DNA of 64,000 nt, taken from contig CBDBDT010000001.1 in assembly GCA_965203975.1 (NCBI GenBank), positions 564,466-628,465 of the forward strand. The letters are read 5' to 3'. The translations under genes and the position numbers were made by a program. Each line of letters opens with the position of its first letter. Position 1 is the first letter of the stretch. The notes under the pieces were generated by a model. It saw only the letters and a program-made list of their open reading frames with translations, searched no databases and had not been told where the DNA came from. Below, in pieces: positions 30,358 through 38,424 of this stretch. Source of the stretch: Dehalococcoidia bacterium (GTDB taxonomy: Bacteria; Chloroflexota; Dehalococcoidia; Lucifugimonadales; UBA3495).

Positions 30358-31296
30358 TCAGGCTGAGGGTAGCTTATCCAGTCCTCGGCGGCCGGTGTTG
30401 GAGGCGCGGAGGAGGTGGCCATCGGAGGTGGTGACGTAGAGGTCGGTCAGATCGGGGCCGCCGAAGGCGCAGTTGGTGGGTTCCGCCGGGGCAGAGTGGG
30501 TTTCCAGGACCTGACCGGCGGGGGAGAAGACGTAGACCATGGGGCCGGGTCCGCTCCGGTCGGAGCCGGCGCAGGCGATGATGTTGCCATCGGAGTCGAG
30601 GCACATTCCGGAGACGCCGCGGTGGACGCCCCGGTAGTCGGAGCCGAAGGTGTGGAGGACGGCGCACTGGCCCAGGTAGCCGTCGGCGTTGATGGGGTAG
30701 GCGCGGAGCTCGCGCTTGCCAGCCGGGTCGTCGTCGCTTTCGGATACGTAGAGGACATCCTCGTCCGGGGAGAGGGCGACGGCCAGGGGAACATGGGTGT
30801 CCCGGGTCATGCGAGTTATGGGGGCGTCGCTGCTGGCGTGCTCCAGCCGCAGTACAGAGCGGTAGTCGATGGAGTAGGGTTCCAGCTCGTGGTTGCGCAG
30901 GCCACCCTGGACCGGAGGGCCCCAGACCGGGTCGGCGAACCAGATGCGGCCGCGGCGGTCGACGGCCAGGTCCTTGGGCTGGTTGTGGAACTTTCCGTCC
31001 ACCCGGTAGGCCAGGGGGGAGGTGGAGCCGTCGCTGTTGAATCGGACGAGACGGCGGGCCCCGCTCTGGCATCCGTAGAGAAGGCCCTCTTGGGATATGG
31101 CCAGTCCGACGACCCGGTTGGTCCAGCGCCGGAAGTCGGTGACTTCCCCGGTGCCGGGGTCGTAGCGGAGGATGCGGTTGTGGATGGTGCCGGCGGGCAC
31201 GGGGATGGAGGTGAAGAGCATAGCTTCGCCGTCCCACACCGGGCCGTCGGTGGGGCTGCCATAGGGACCGGCGACGGTCTCAAATTCCCAGGTCAT
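30358..31296 (-). CDS. SMP-30/gluconolactonase/LRE family protein
   Basis: Six-bladed propeller pattern: GPVWDG..., NQPKDLAVDRRGRIWFADP, CAFGGPDLTDLYVTT. Confidence 0.8.
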   Translation of the reverse strand: MTWEFETVAGPYGSPTDGPVWDGEAMLFTSIPVPAGTIHNRILRYDPGTGEVTDFRRWTNRVVGLAISQEGLLYGCQSGARRLVRFNSDGSTSPLAYRVDGKFHNQPKDLAVDRRGRIWFADPVWGPPVQGGLRNHELEPYSIDYRSVLRLEHASSDAPITRMTRDTHVPLAVALSPDEDVLYVSESDDDPAGKRELRAYPINADGYLGQCAVLHTFGSDYRGVHRGVSGMCLDSDGNIIACAGSDRSGPGPMVYVFSPAGQVLETHSAPAEPTNCAFGGPDLTDLYVTTSDGHLLRASNTGRRGLDKLPSA

Positions 31297-31396
31297 GGAT
31301 GTCTCCTGTGGGGGTAGTTTCCTGTCGGGTCGGGGGACTATCTGAAAGCGTACTTTCCGAGGGCCGAAACCCTCGAAATTGGGACGACCGGGGTAT

Positions 31397-31423
31397 GGAT
31401 TCCCGCCTGCGCGGGAATGGCGG
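31397..31423 (-). repeat. GC-hairpin REP-like repeat (family B)
   Basis: GGATTCCCGCCTGCGCGGGAATGGCGG, in the opposite orientation to the copy at 798. Confidence 0.65.
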
Positions 31424-31432
31424 GAAAGGGGG

Positions 31433-32335
31433 CTAGGGGATGGGATAGGTTGGAAGGCCGGGGATTTCCACTCTTATCCGGTAGATGGTGCTGCGGGCGG
31501 TGAAGTAGATGGTCCGGTAGTCGCTGTCCCCGAAGGCAAAGTTGGCGCAGTGCTCGGGGATGAGGATGCGTCCGAGGTTGTTGCCCTGGGGGTCGGTGAC
31601 CCAGACGCCGCCGGGGCCGGTGCAGTAGACGTTGCCCTCGACGTCCACCTTGATGCCGTCGGGGGCGCCGTGGTCGTCGTGGAACAGCTCGGCAAAGAGG
31701 CGTCCGTTGCCGATGGTGCCGTCGGGGAGGACGTCGAAGACGCGGATGTGGAGCCTGGGGGTGTCGTTGATGTAGAGGAGGGACTCGTCCGGGGAGAAGC
31801 ACAGGCCGTTGGGATTGATGAAGTCGTCCACCAGCAGGGTCAGGCTGCCGTCGGAGAGGTCGAGCTTGTAGACGGCCTCATAGTCGACGTACTTCTGGAT
31901 GTCCTCGCACTCCATGGCGACGTTGCGGATGCCGTTGGAGGGGTCGGTGAAGTAGACGGTGCCGTCGGACTTCATGACGATGTCGTTGGGGGTGTTGAGC
32001 TTCTTGCCGTCGACGTGGGAAGCGAGGACGGTGGTGGAGCCGTCGTGCTCCCAGCGCCAGACGGTGCGGCTGCTCCAACCGGCGGCGATGAGGCGGCCGT
32101 CGTGGTCGTAGGTCATGCCGTCGGCCTTGCCGGAGGGCTGCATGATGATGCTGGTGCCCTGGCCGGGTATCCACTTCCAGATCTTGTCGTCAATGATGTC
32201 GGTCCAGACGAGGAAATTTTTCTCACCGTTCCAGACCGGGCCCTCGGTGAAGATGTGGCCGGTGGATATTTTCTCGAGGGAGGCGTGGGGGTTGACGATC
32301 CGGCGGAAGCCGGGGAGGAACATCTCGCTGGACAT
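31433..32335 (-). CDS. SMP-30/gluconolactonase/LRE family protein
   Basis: FTEGPVWNGE..., LNTPNDIVMKSDGTVYFTDP, ANFAFGDSDYRTIYFTA. Confidence 0.85.
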   Translation of the reverse strand: MSSEMFLPGFRRIVNPHASLEKISTGHIFTEGPVWNGEKNFLVWTDIIDDKIWKWIPGQGTSIIMQPSGKADGMTYDHDGRLIAAGWSSRTVWRWEHDGSTTVLASHVDGKKLNTPNDIVMKSDGTVYFTDPSNGIRNVAMECEDIQKYVDYEAVYKLDLSDGSLTLLVDDFINPNGLCFSPDESLLYINDTPRLHIRVFDVLPDGTIGNGRLFAELFHDDHGAPDGIKVDVEGNVYCTGPGGVWVTDPQGNNLGRILIPEHCANFAFGDSDYRTIYFTARSTIYRIRVEIPGLPTYPIP

Positions 32336-32598
32336 CCGATTCTCCTTGGGTGGGCGGCGGCAATGGAATGGGGCAGGGTTGACGGCTCTGTCTGTTCGGT
32401 GAGCCCGTTCCCACGGGCCCGGAATTGGCCCACCGGATTTTAGGAAGGGAGCGAATTGGTGTCAAGGAAAATGCGAATGCGGACTGGGCTACCGCATTTG
32501 AAGTTTTGAGTCCCATTAACGGCCCCAATACAGCCGCCAATTGAAGAAGCCGAGGGGCTGCTGAAATCTTGTAATGTTGCAATAGTTGTAAAGTGGGG

Positions 32599-32634
32599 AT
32601 ATGGGTGTCGGTTTGCGGCATCTGCATGGTGGTA
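32599..32634 (-). repeat. conserved upstream motif (family D)
   Basis: The reverse complement, TACCACCATGCAGATGCCGCAAACCGACACCCATAT, points toward the gene starting at 32335. Confidence 0.6.
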
Positions 32635-32749
32635 CATTCCCAATGTGGTGGTCTAGGGGTGGTGGTCAGGGAGAGGAAATGAGTGCCAGTTTGGATAAGC
32701 GTCGAGTGGACCATCAAGACGATACTGGGGGAACAGACGAGCGGGGTGT

Positions 32750-32779
32750 GGGTTCCCGCCTGTGCGGGGGTGACGATGG
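32750..32779 (-). repeat. GC-hairpin REP-like repeat (family B)
   Basis: GGGTTCCCGCCTGTGCGGGGGTGACGATGG. Confidence 0.6.
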
Positions 32780-32821
32780 GGGGTGATTGCTCCGGTTATG
32801 CGGCGAGCAGGGGAGGGTGAT

Positions 32822-32848
32822 GGGTTCCTGCCTCCGCAGGAACGACGG
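32822..32848 (-). repeat. GC-hairpin REP-like repeat (family B)
   Basis: GGGTTCCTGCCTCCGCAGGAACGACG, identical to 40665-40690. Confidence 0.75.
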
Positions 32849-32933
32849 GGGGTGGCCTGGGCACTTGGCAATCTGCTGCTGGTGGCCGCTCCGGGTTGTG
32901 CCGGGGTTGGGTTGGGCCTATACTGGCGGCGTT

Positions 32934-33620
32934 ATGGAGGAATCGAGAGACATTCCCCGGGACGATTTGTCAGAATTGCCCCTGTTTCCCCTGAACGACG
33001 TGGTGTTGTTTCCGGGGATGCGGCTGCCGCTGCACATTTTCGAGGAGCGGTACAAGGAGATGATCGGCCGCTGCTCGGAGGAGGAGATTCCCTTCGGGGT
33101 GCTGCTCATCAAGGAGGGGCAGGAAGTGGGGGATCCGGCCGAACCGGTTTCCATCGGGACCACGGCGCGGATCGAGCAGGTTGTGGAACTTTCGGAAGGG
33201 CGGCTGAACATAGTCACGCGGGCGGAACGACGCTTCCGGGTGGTGGAGATTATCCAGCAGCTGCCCTACCTGGTGGGGCTGGTGCAGTACCTGGAGGACG
33301 AGCCGGGGGACATCACGGAGGTCCTGGTGGAGCAAATCAGGAAGGAGTTCGTTGATTTCCTGACTCTCCAGGCGACCATCGCCGGGGGGTGGAACAGCAA
33401 CGTCAACGTGACGGAGGAGCCGGCGCAGCTTTTCAACGACGTGATGACCAGCGTGTCAGCCAGCGTGAGCCTTCCGAAGGAATTGCGGCAGCGGATGCTG
33501 GAGTCGACGGACACCCAGCAGAGGCTGGAGACGCTGCTGCCGGTGCTGAGCCGGTGCGTTCAGCTGATGCAGGAGCAGGCGGACAAGAACAATCCCTTCC
33601 GGGGGGCGCGGTTGAACTAG
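32934..33620 (+). CDS. LON N-terminal (substrate-binding) domain protein
   Basis: ATG at 32934. LPLFPLNDVVLFPGMRLPLHIFEERYKEMI motif. The upstream part of the track ORF lies in repeat DNA. Confidence 0.75.
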   Translation: MEESRDIPRDDLSELPLFPLNDVVLFPGMRLPLHIFEERYKEMIGRCSEEEIPFGVLLIKEGQEVGDPAEPVSIGTTARIEQVVELSEGRLNIVTRAERRFRVVEIIQQLPYLVGLVQYLEDEPGDITEVLVEQIRKEFVDFLTLQATIAGGWNSNVNVTEEPAQLFNDVMTSVSASVSLPKELRQRMLESTDTQQRLETLLPVLSRCVQLMQEQADKNNPFRGARLN

Positions 33621-33661
33621 GAAACTATCTCAGGACCAGCATTGGCTACCTGCACTAGCAT

Positions 33662-33720
33662 TCACCCCCATCCTAACCTTCCCCCCTTCCCCCCTTGACG
33701 GGGGAAGGGATTTTTTGAGG
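33662..33720 (+). repeat. family A repeat (hairpin core)
   Basis: TCACCCCCATCCTAACCTTCCCCCC...TTGACGGGGGAAGGGATTTTTTGAGG. Confidence 0.7.
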
Positions 33721-33774
33721 GCTGGCACTGAACACGCCAGCCCTCTGGTTTTGGTTCGCCCGGGAGGCGGGGGG

Positions 33775-34710
33775 TCAGGCGGCGGGGTTGGTGTACACGC
33801 GGAGGGCGCCGGCTTCGGGGATCATGCCTGAGAAGAGCTCGGGGTGGAGCATTTCGGCGATGATTTCCAATCCGTCCACGAGCCGAGGGCCGGAACGGCT
33901 GGTGTAGGCGCTGGCGTCGATGGCGTAGACCCGGTTGTTCTGCACGGCGGGCATGGACTCCCAACCCTCCTTACTGGAGAGGATGGGGACGTCCTCCAGC
34001 GCGCGTTTCACCTCGAAGCCGCAGGGCATGAAGATGATGACCTCGGGACGGCTGGCGACGACGTCCTCCCAGTCAATCTGGAAGGAGCCGGTCTCCTTGT
34101 CTCCGAAGCAGTTTTCTCCGCCCGCCATTTCGACCATCTCCGGGACCCAGTGCCCCCCGCACATGAGGGGGTCAACCCATTCCAGGTGGAGGGTGCGAGG
34201 GTGGGTGTCGGCCAGGGCGGAGCGGGCGGCGACGGCGTCGATGCGGGACTGCATCCGGGAGACGACTTCCTCGGCCTTCTGGTCCTGACCGGTCGCCTGT
34301 CCGACACGGCGAATGTCGTCGAGGATGTCGCCCACGTACTGGGGGTCGAGGGACATGACCTCGGGCTGCTGGTCGAGGATGGCGGTGGTCTCGGCGACCT
34401 GCCGAGAGGAGACGGCTCAAACCTCGCAGATGGCCTGGGTGAGGATGAGGTCGGGGTTGGCTTCCTTGAGGATGTCCTCGTCAATCTGGTAGATGCCGAG
34501 GCCCTGCTCCAGCCTTTCGGAGATGACCCGGCTGATTTCGCCGCTGGTGGGCTGGGGGTCCATGCCCTCGAAGACGCTGCGTACGACCCAGGGTTTCTCC
34601 TTGGCGGCGGCGGGGAAGTCGCATTCGTGGGTGACACCGTGGAGCTGGTCCTCGATGCCGAGGGCGTAGACGATCTCGGTGGCGCTGGGTAGGAATGAAC
34701 AAACGCGCAT
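33775..34710 (-). CDS. BtuF/TroA-like (Peripla_BP_2 fold) binding protein without a signal peptide, predicted selenoprotein (TGA 34417-34419 read as Sec)
   Basis: Track ORFs 34417-34854 and 33775-34356 share a frame. ATG at 34708-34710 lies 6 nt after GGGAGG. The joined product reads MRVCSFLPSATEIVYALGIEDQLHGVTHECDFP...LILTQAICEV-U-AVSSRQV...HLEWVDPLMCGGHWVPE, giving a C-x-x-U motif. Confidence 0.65.
34389..34407 (-). promoter_or_regulatory. candidate bacterial SECIS hairpin
   Basis: U-CUCGGC-AGGUC-GCCGAG-A. The stem starts 9-10 nt after the UGA. The GCAGGUC apex resembles the E. coli fdhF SECIS apex as remembered. Confidence 0.55.
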
Positions 34711-34819
34711 GGTAGCCTCCCTGAGAACCGGCGTGTCCGGCGGAAGTTTTCTGGGCAACATGATAACACCCGGAGGGGTGGTGCGGGTAAAGAGGGTGTT
34801 CTGGCAGGGGCGGGGCGGT

Positions 34820-36658
34820 TTAGTCTTCGTCTGATTCCGGGCTGCGGGGGTCATCCAGGCCGAGGAAGGTGCGGCTGAAGGAACTCTCCAGGACGCCGTG
34901 GAGATGAAAGCCGATGAAACCGAGAGCGGCGGCGGCGGCGGCCATGAGAGCCAGGGCGATGGGCAAGGAAACGGTGCCCAGCGTGACCAGGCGGGACAAG
35001 AGGGGCAGCCCCCAGACCGCCGGCAGGAGGAGAAGGAACAACAGGAAGCTGTCCCGCAGAACCACGCGCATGTTGCGGGCCAAGGCGGTGTTGGGAGTCG
35101 ACGACCCGGGGGCGATGACTTCGGTTAACTCATCGGCCAGGGTCCGCAGTGAATGCCAGATGGCTACGGCCGAAGGGATGCAGAACCCCACCGCTCCGGC
35201 AGCGACGATCCATCCCCACAGGCTTTCCTGGAGGTGGGCCAGTTTATCCAACTGGCCGGTGAACTGGAGGATGCCGGTGCCGACGGCGATGATAAAGACT
35301 ATTATCACCAGATTGAGGGCGACGACCTGGACCGACCTCTGAATCCGGCGGGCGCGGAAGCTACTGAGGCGGAAGGCGCTGCGCAGGATGGTCAGGCCGA
35401 GATACAGGTATTCGGCGTATTCCTTCAGCAATCCAGGAGACCTGCGCTGGAACCAGTCGGCGGTGGCGCCAGCGCCGCGGAAGATCCAGGGATAGAACAG
35501 GGCGGTGATGGCGGTGCACATGGTAATGACCGGGTAGACGAAGGCGCCCACGGTGCCGTGAAGGGCGCCGACCCGGGTGATGGCCAGCGAGAATTCTCCC
35601 ATCTGGGTCATGCCCATCCCCACCGAGAGGGAGGTGCGGCCGTCGTACCCGGCCAGGAAACTGCCAAGGGTGTCGGCGATAATCTTGCCGACGACGAATA
35701 CGGCGCTGACGACCAGGGCCGGGATGATGAATTCCGGGAACAGCCGCAGGTCCAGCAACATTCCGATGGATACGAAGAAGAGGGCGGCGAACATATCCTT
35801 GACCGGGTTCATCACCCGGGCGATTGCCTCGTTGTGCTCGGTGTCGCCGAGGACGGTGCCAATGAGGAAGGCGCCGGCGGCGGCGGAAAGGCCAAGGAGC
35901 TGTCCGGCCAGGGCCAGGCCGAAGCAGAGGGCCAGGCTGGTGATCAGCAGGGCCTCGTCGGACTCGTAGCGGGCGACGAAGTGGACCAGGCGGGGAGCGA
36001 AGAGGGCGCCAAACACCAGGGAAGCGATGCCGAAGATAACGAGTTTACCCGCAAGAAGCAGGACCGAGCCGGCATCGGTGCCTCCGGTCTGGGCCGCGCC
36101 GGCCAGGACGGTGAGCAGGATCACCGCCGCGAAGTCTTCGACCACGAGAATGCCGACCATGAGGCGGCCCCGGGTGGTGAAGAGGCTGCCGGTGTCGCGG
36201 AGCATCTTGACGAGAATGGCGGAGCTGCTGATGCTCACCGCGGCTCCCAGAAACACGCTTTCGAGCAGGGACCATCCCAGGAGGTATCCGGTCTCGAAGC
36301 CGATGGCGAACATGATGGTCATCTCGACGAAGGCGATGACCATTACCCGGGTGCCAACCTGCCGGATGCGCTGCCAACCCAGTTCGAGGCCGATGCCGAA
36401 GAGGAGCAGCACCAGGCCCAGGTCGGCCAGCAGGCGAATCACGTCCAGGTCGCGGACCAGGGGCGTGGGGAGGGTGAAGGGGCCGATGATGACCCCGGCC
36501 ACCAGGTATCCGAGGACCGGAGGCTGCTTGACGAGGCGAAAGAGGATTAGCGCCGCGCCGGCTACGGCGAGCGTAATGGCAAAGTCGCGGACCAGGGCGA
36601 ACTCGTCGCCGGCCCCGATGAGCGGCAGGGCAAGGATGACAGGGTCGATCTTGGACAC
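34820..36658 (-). CDS. cation:proton antiporter (CPA2/Kef-type Na+/H+ exchanger family) with an extra C-terminal membrane domain
   Basis: QPPVLGYLVAGVIIGP and LLFGIGLE motifs; many hydrophobic segments. Confidence 0.85.
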   Translation of the reverse strand: MSKIDPVILALPLIGAGDEFALVRDFAITLAVAGAALILFRLVKQPPVLGYLVAGVIIGPFTLPTPLVRDLDVIRLLADLGLVLLLFGIGLELGWQRIRQVGTRVMVIAFVEMTIMFAIGFETGYLLGWSLLESVFLGAAVSISSSAILVKMLRDTGSLFTTRGRLMVGILVVEDFAAVILLTVLAGAAQTGGTDAGSVLLLAGKLVIFGIASLVFGALFAPRLVHFVARYESDEALLITSLALCFGLALAGQLLGLSAAAGAFLIGTVLGDTEHNEAIARVMNPVKDMFAALFFVSIGMLLDLRLFPEFIIPALVVSAVFVVGKIIADTLGSFLAGYDGRTSLSVGMGMTQMGEFSLAITRVGALHGTVGAFVYPVITMCTAITALFYPWIFRGAGATADWFQRRSPGLLKEYAEYLYLGLTILRSAFRLSSFRARRIQRSVQVVALNLVIIVFIIAVGTGILQFTGQLDKLAHLQESLWGWIVAAGAVGFCIPSAVAIWHSLRTLADELTEVIAPGSSTPNTALARNMRVVLRDSFLLFLLLLPAVWGLPLLSRLVTLGTVSLPIALALMAAAAAALGFIGFHLHGVLESSFSRTFLGLDDPRSPESDED

Positions 36659-36794
36659 CCTCCCGGTTATTCGCTGACTATATATATCTTATCGCATCGG
36701 GTTGGGGGTTCCTTCGGAAGGGTCGAGCGGATTGCGGGGAAAGGGCGTATTGAAGTCAGAGTTATGCCCACCCGGGGCGTTGTCGTGGGGGAAT

Positions 36795-36836
36795 CGTAGA
36801 AAAGGAAAGGGCCGGGGCCTCATTGAGGCGCCGGCC
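36795..36836 (-). terminator. putative intrinsic terminator downstream of the OsmC-like gene
   Basis: Minus-strand hairpin GGCCGGCGCCTC-AAT-GAGGCCCCGGCC followed by CTTTCCTTTTCT. Confidence 0.45.
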
Positions 36837-36963
36837 GTGATGTCCGGGTGAGCGCGGGAGCGAGGATGCCGCGAGAAGGTCAGGTGCGGGAGTGGGCTCC
36901 GGCGTGAATCTCGACGGTGACGCTGGTAGCAGGGGTCGCCACGGCGACCGAACCATAGAGGGG

Positions 36964-37320
36964 TCAACGCTGCTTCCAGGTTTCGACCAGTTGGTGTCCC
37001 TGGTCGTCGTCCACGCCCCACATCTGGAAGTGAACGCGGACGTCGTCGTAAAGGGTGAGATCGGCAGGGGGCTTTTCGGACTCGCGGTAGCCCTCCACGG
37101 AAACGTCCATCCAGTCCAGGGGAATTTCGCCCTGGTGGGCCAGGCGCTGGACCATGTTGACGGCACAGGCGGTGATGCCGGAGAAAAAAAGCTCGCCGGC
37201 GCCCACCTGCTCGCCACCGGCATCGTCGGCAACCCAGTGGTGGTTGCGGGCGTTGCAGATGGCCCGTCCCAACGTGCCGGTGCTGTAACTTCTAACCTTG
37301 TACGCCAATTCCAAAGCCAT
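36964..37320 (-). CDS. OsmC family protein
   Basis: ATG at 37318-37320 after AGGAGG. GAGELFFSGITACAV motif. Confidence 0.8.
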   Translation of the reverse strand: MALELAYKVRSYSTGTLGRAICNARNHHWVADDAGGEQVGAGELFFSGITACAVNMVQRLAHQGEIPLDWMDVSVEGYRESEKPPADLTLYDDVRVHFQMWGVDDDQGHQLVETWKQR

Positions 37321-37519
37321 TGGGCTGCCTCCTGTCGGTGGATTTGCCTTTGCTGTGAACCGGGATTGCCGGGCCCCATGATGATTGTTACAGGGACCCT
37401 CGCCAAGAGTATAGCACCCGAGAGGGAGGGCGGAGGCGTTCATCAGGACGTTAAGAAACTAGCTCAAAACCGGCAGCGAAGATTATGGTTGCACGCAAAG
37501 GTGCCATCGCATTACTTGT

Positions 37520-37604
37520 TACCCCCATCCTAACCCACGCCCCCGCCTACGCGGGGGCAGGCTCTTCCCCCATCAAGGGGGAAGGGACTTTTGAGATAGT
37601 TTCT
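37520..37604 (+). repeat. family A repeat, long variant, abutting the stop codon of the minus-strand gene
   Basis: ACCCCCATCCTAACCC...CCCCCGCCTACGCGGGGGC...ATCAAGGGGGAAGGGACTTTTGAGATAGTTTCT. Confidence 0.75.
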
Positions 37605-38121
37605 AAGGCAGGACCTTGTAGGCGATACACTCGACGATTTCGATGAGCAAGGGGGGTTCGGCCAGTCCGGTAGTGCCGATGACGGCGCGGCAGGGCGGGT
37701 TGGGGATGAACTCCCGGTAGACCTGGTTGAAGAGGGGCCATTTCCGCATATCGGTGAGGAACACCACGAGGGTGACGACGCGCTCATAGCTGGTTTCAGC
37801 GGCTTCGAGGGTGGTCTGGACGTGCTGGAGGGTTGCGCGGTACTGGGATTCCTCGTCGTCGCCGACGATGACGCCGTCGAACCCGGAGGCGGTGGTGCCG
37901 CGGCAGAGGACCTTGACGGCCCGGACCTTCAACATGCGGACGAGGTCTTCCTCGAAATAGTCGCAGTAAAGGCCGATGCGGTGGGAAACGGCATCGGTGG
38001 ACTGGTGCCGTCCGTCAGCGATGATGAGGTCGAGGAGACGGTCGCGTTCATGGAAGGAGAGGGCGTGGGCGTCGGCGATGGACATGGCGTCGAGGTCGGC
38101 GAGAGTGTATTCCATGTTCAA
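37603..38121 (-). CDS. RidA/YjgF/L-PSP family protein with a divergent N-terminal extension
   Basis: C-terminal ...VVTLVVFLTDMRKWPLFNQVYREFIPNPPCRAVIGTTGLAEPPLLIEIVECIA. Confidence 0.7.
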   Translation of the reverse strand: MNMEYTLADLDAMSIADAHALSFHERDRLLDLIIADGRHQSTDAVSHRIGLYCDYFEEDLVRMLKVRAVKVLCRGTTASGFDGVIVGDDEESQYRATLQHVQTTLEAAETSYERVVTLVVFLTDMRKWPLFNQVYREFIPNPPCRAVIGTTGLAEPPLLIEIVECIAYKVLP

Positions 38122-38313
38122 AAACTGTCCTTACAGCGGCGGAAGGTGGGGGTCAAGGGGCTGACGGACGATGTGTCCGGCAGCACCCGTATGGTAATGG
38201 GTGGTGCGGCTGGGGACAACCGGGGGAGAGAACCGATGAACAAGACATCAGTGCAGCAGCGACGGTCTTGATTCAGGAATGAAACGCCAGAGTTCAGGGT
38301 ATAAGGGTGCACA

Positions 38314-38356
38314 TCACCCCCATCCTAACCTTCCCCCGTCGAGGGGGAAGGGATTT
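38314..38356 (+). repeat. family A repeat (hairpin core)
   Basis: TCACCCCCATCCTAACCTTCCCCCGTCGAGGGGGAAGGGATTT. Confidence 0.75.
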
Positions 38357-38424
38357 GCTCGGAGGTTCCCCAAGTGCAAGGCTGCTCGAGCAATCGCGGG
38401 AAAAGTCACGGCAACCCAAGCGGG

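Noticed and set aside
30374-32443. Several 280-350-aa ORFs overlapping the two SMP-30 genes (30374-31237 minus, 30415-31317 plus, 31379-32443 plus)
   Set aside because: They are alternative-frame or antisense artefacts. Only the called frames carry the propeller motifs.
34711-34819. Possible second cobalamin riboswitch upstream of the BtuF-like selenoprotein gene
   Set aside because: Only about 110 nt are available and there is no B12 box or GGTGAAAATCC-type core.
35153-36550. 465-aa plus-strand ORF
   Set aside because: It is antisense to the cation:proton antiporter. The translation is G/D/E/A-rich and low in complexity.
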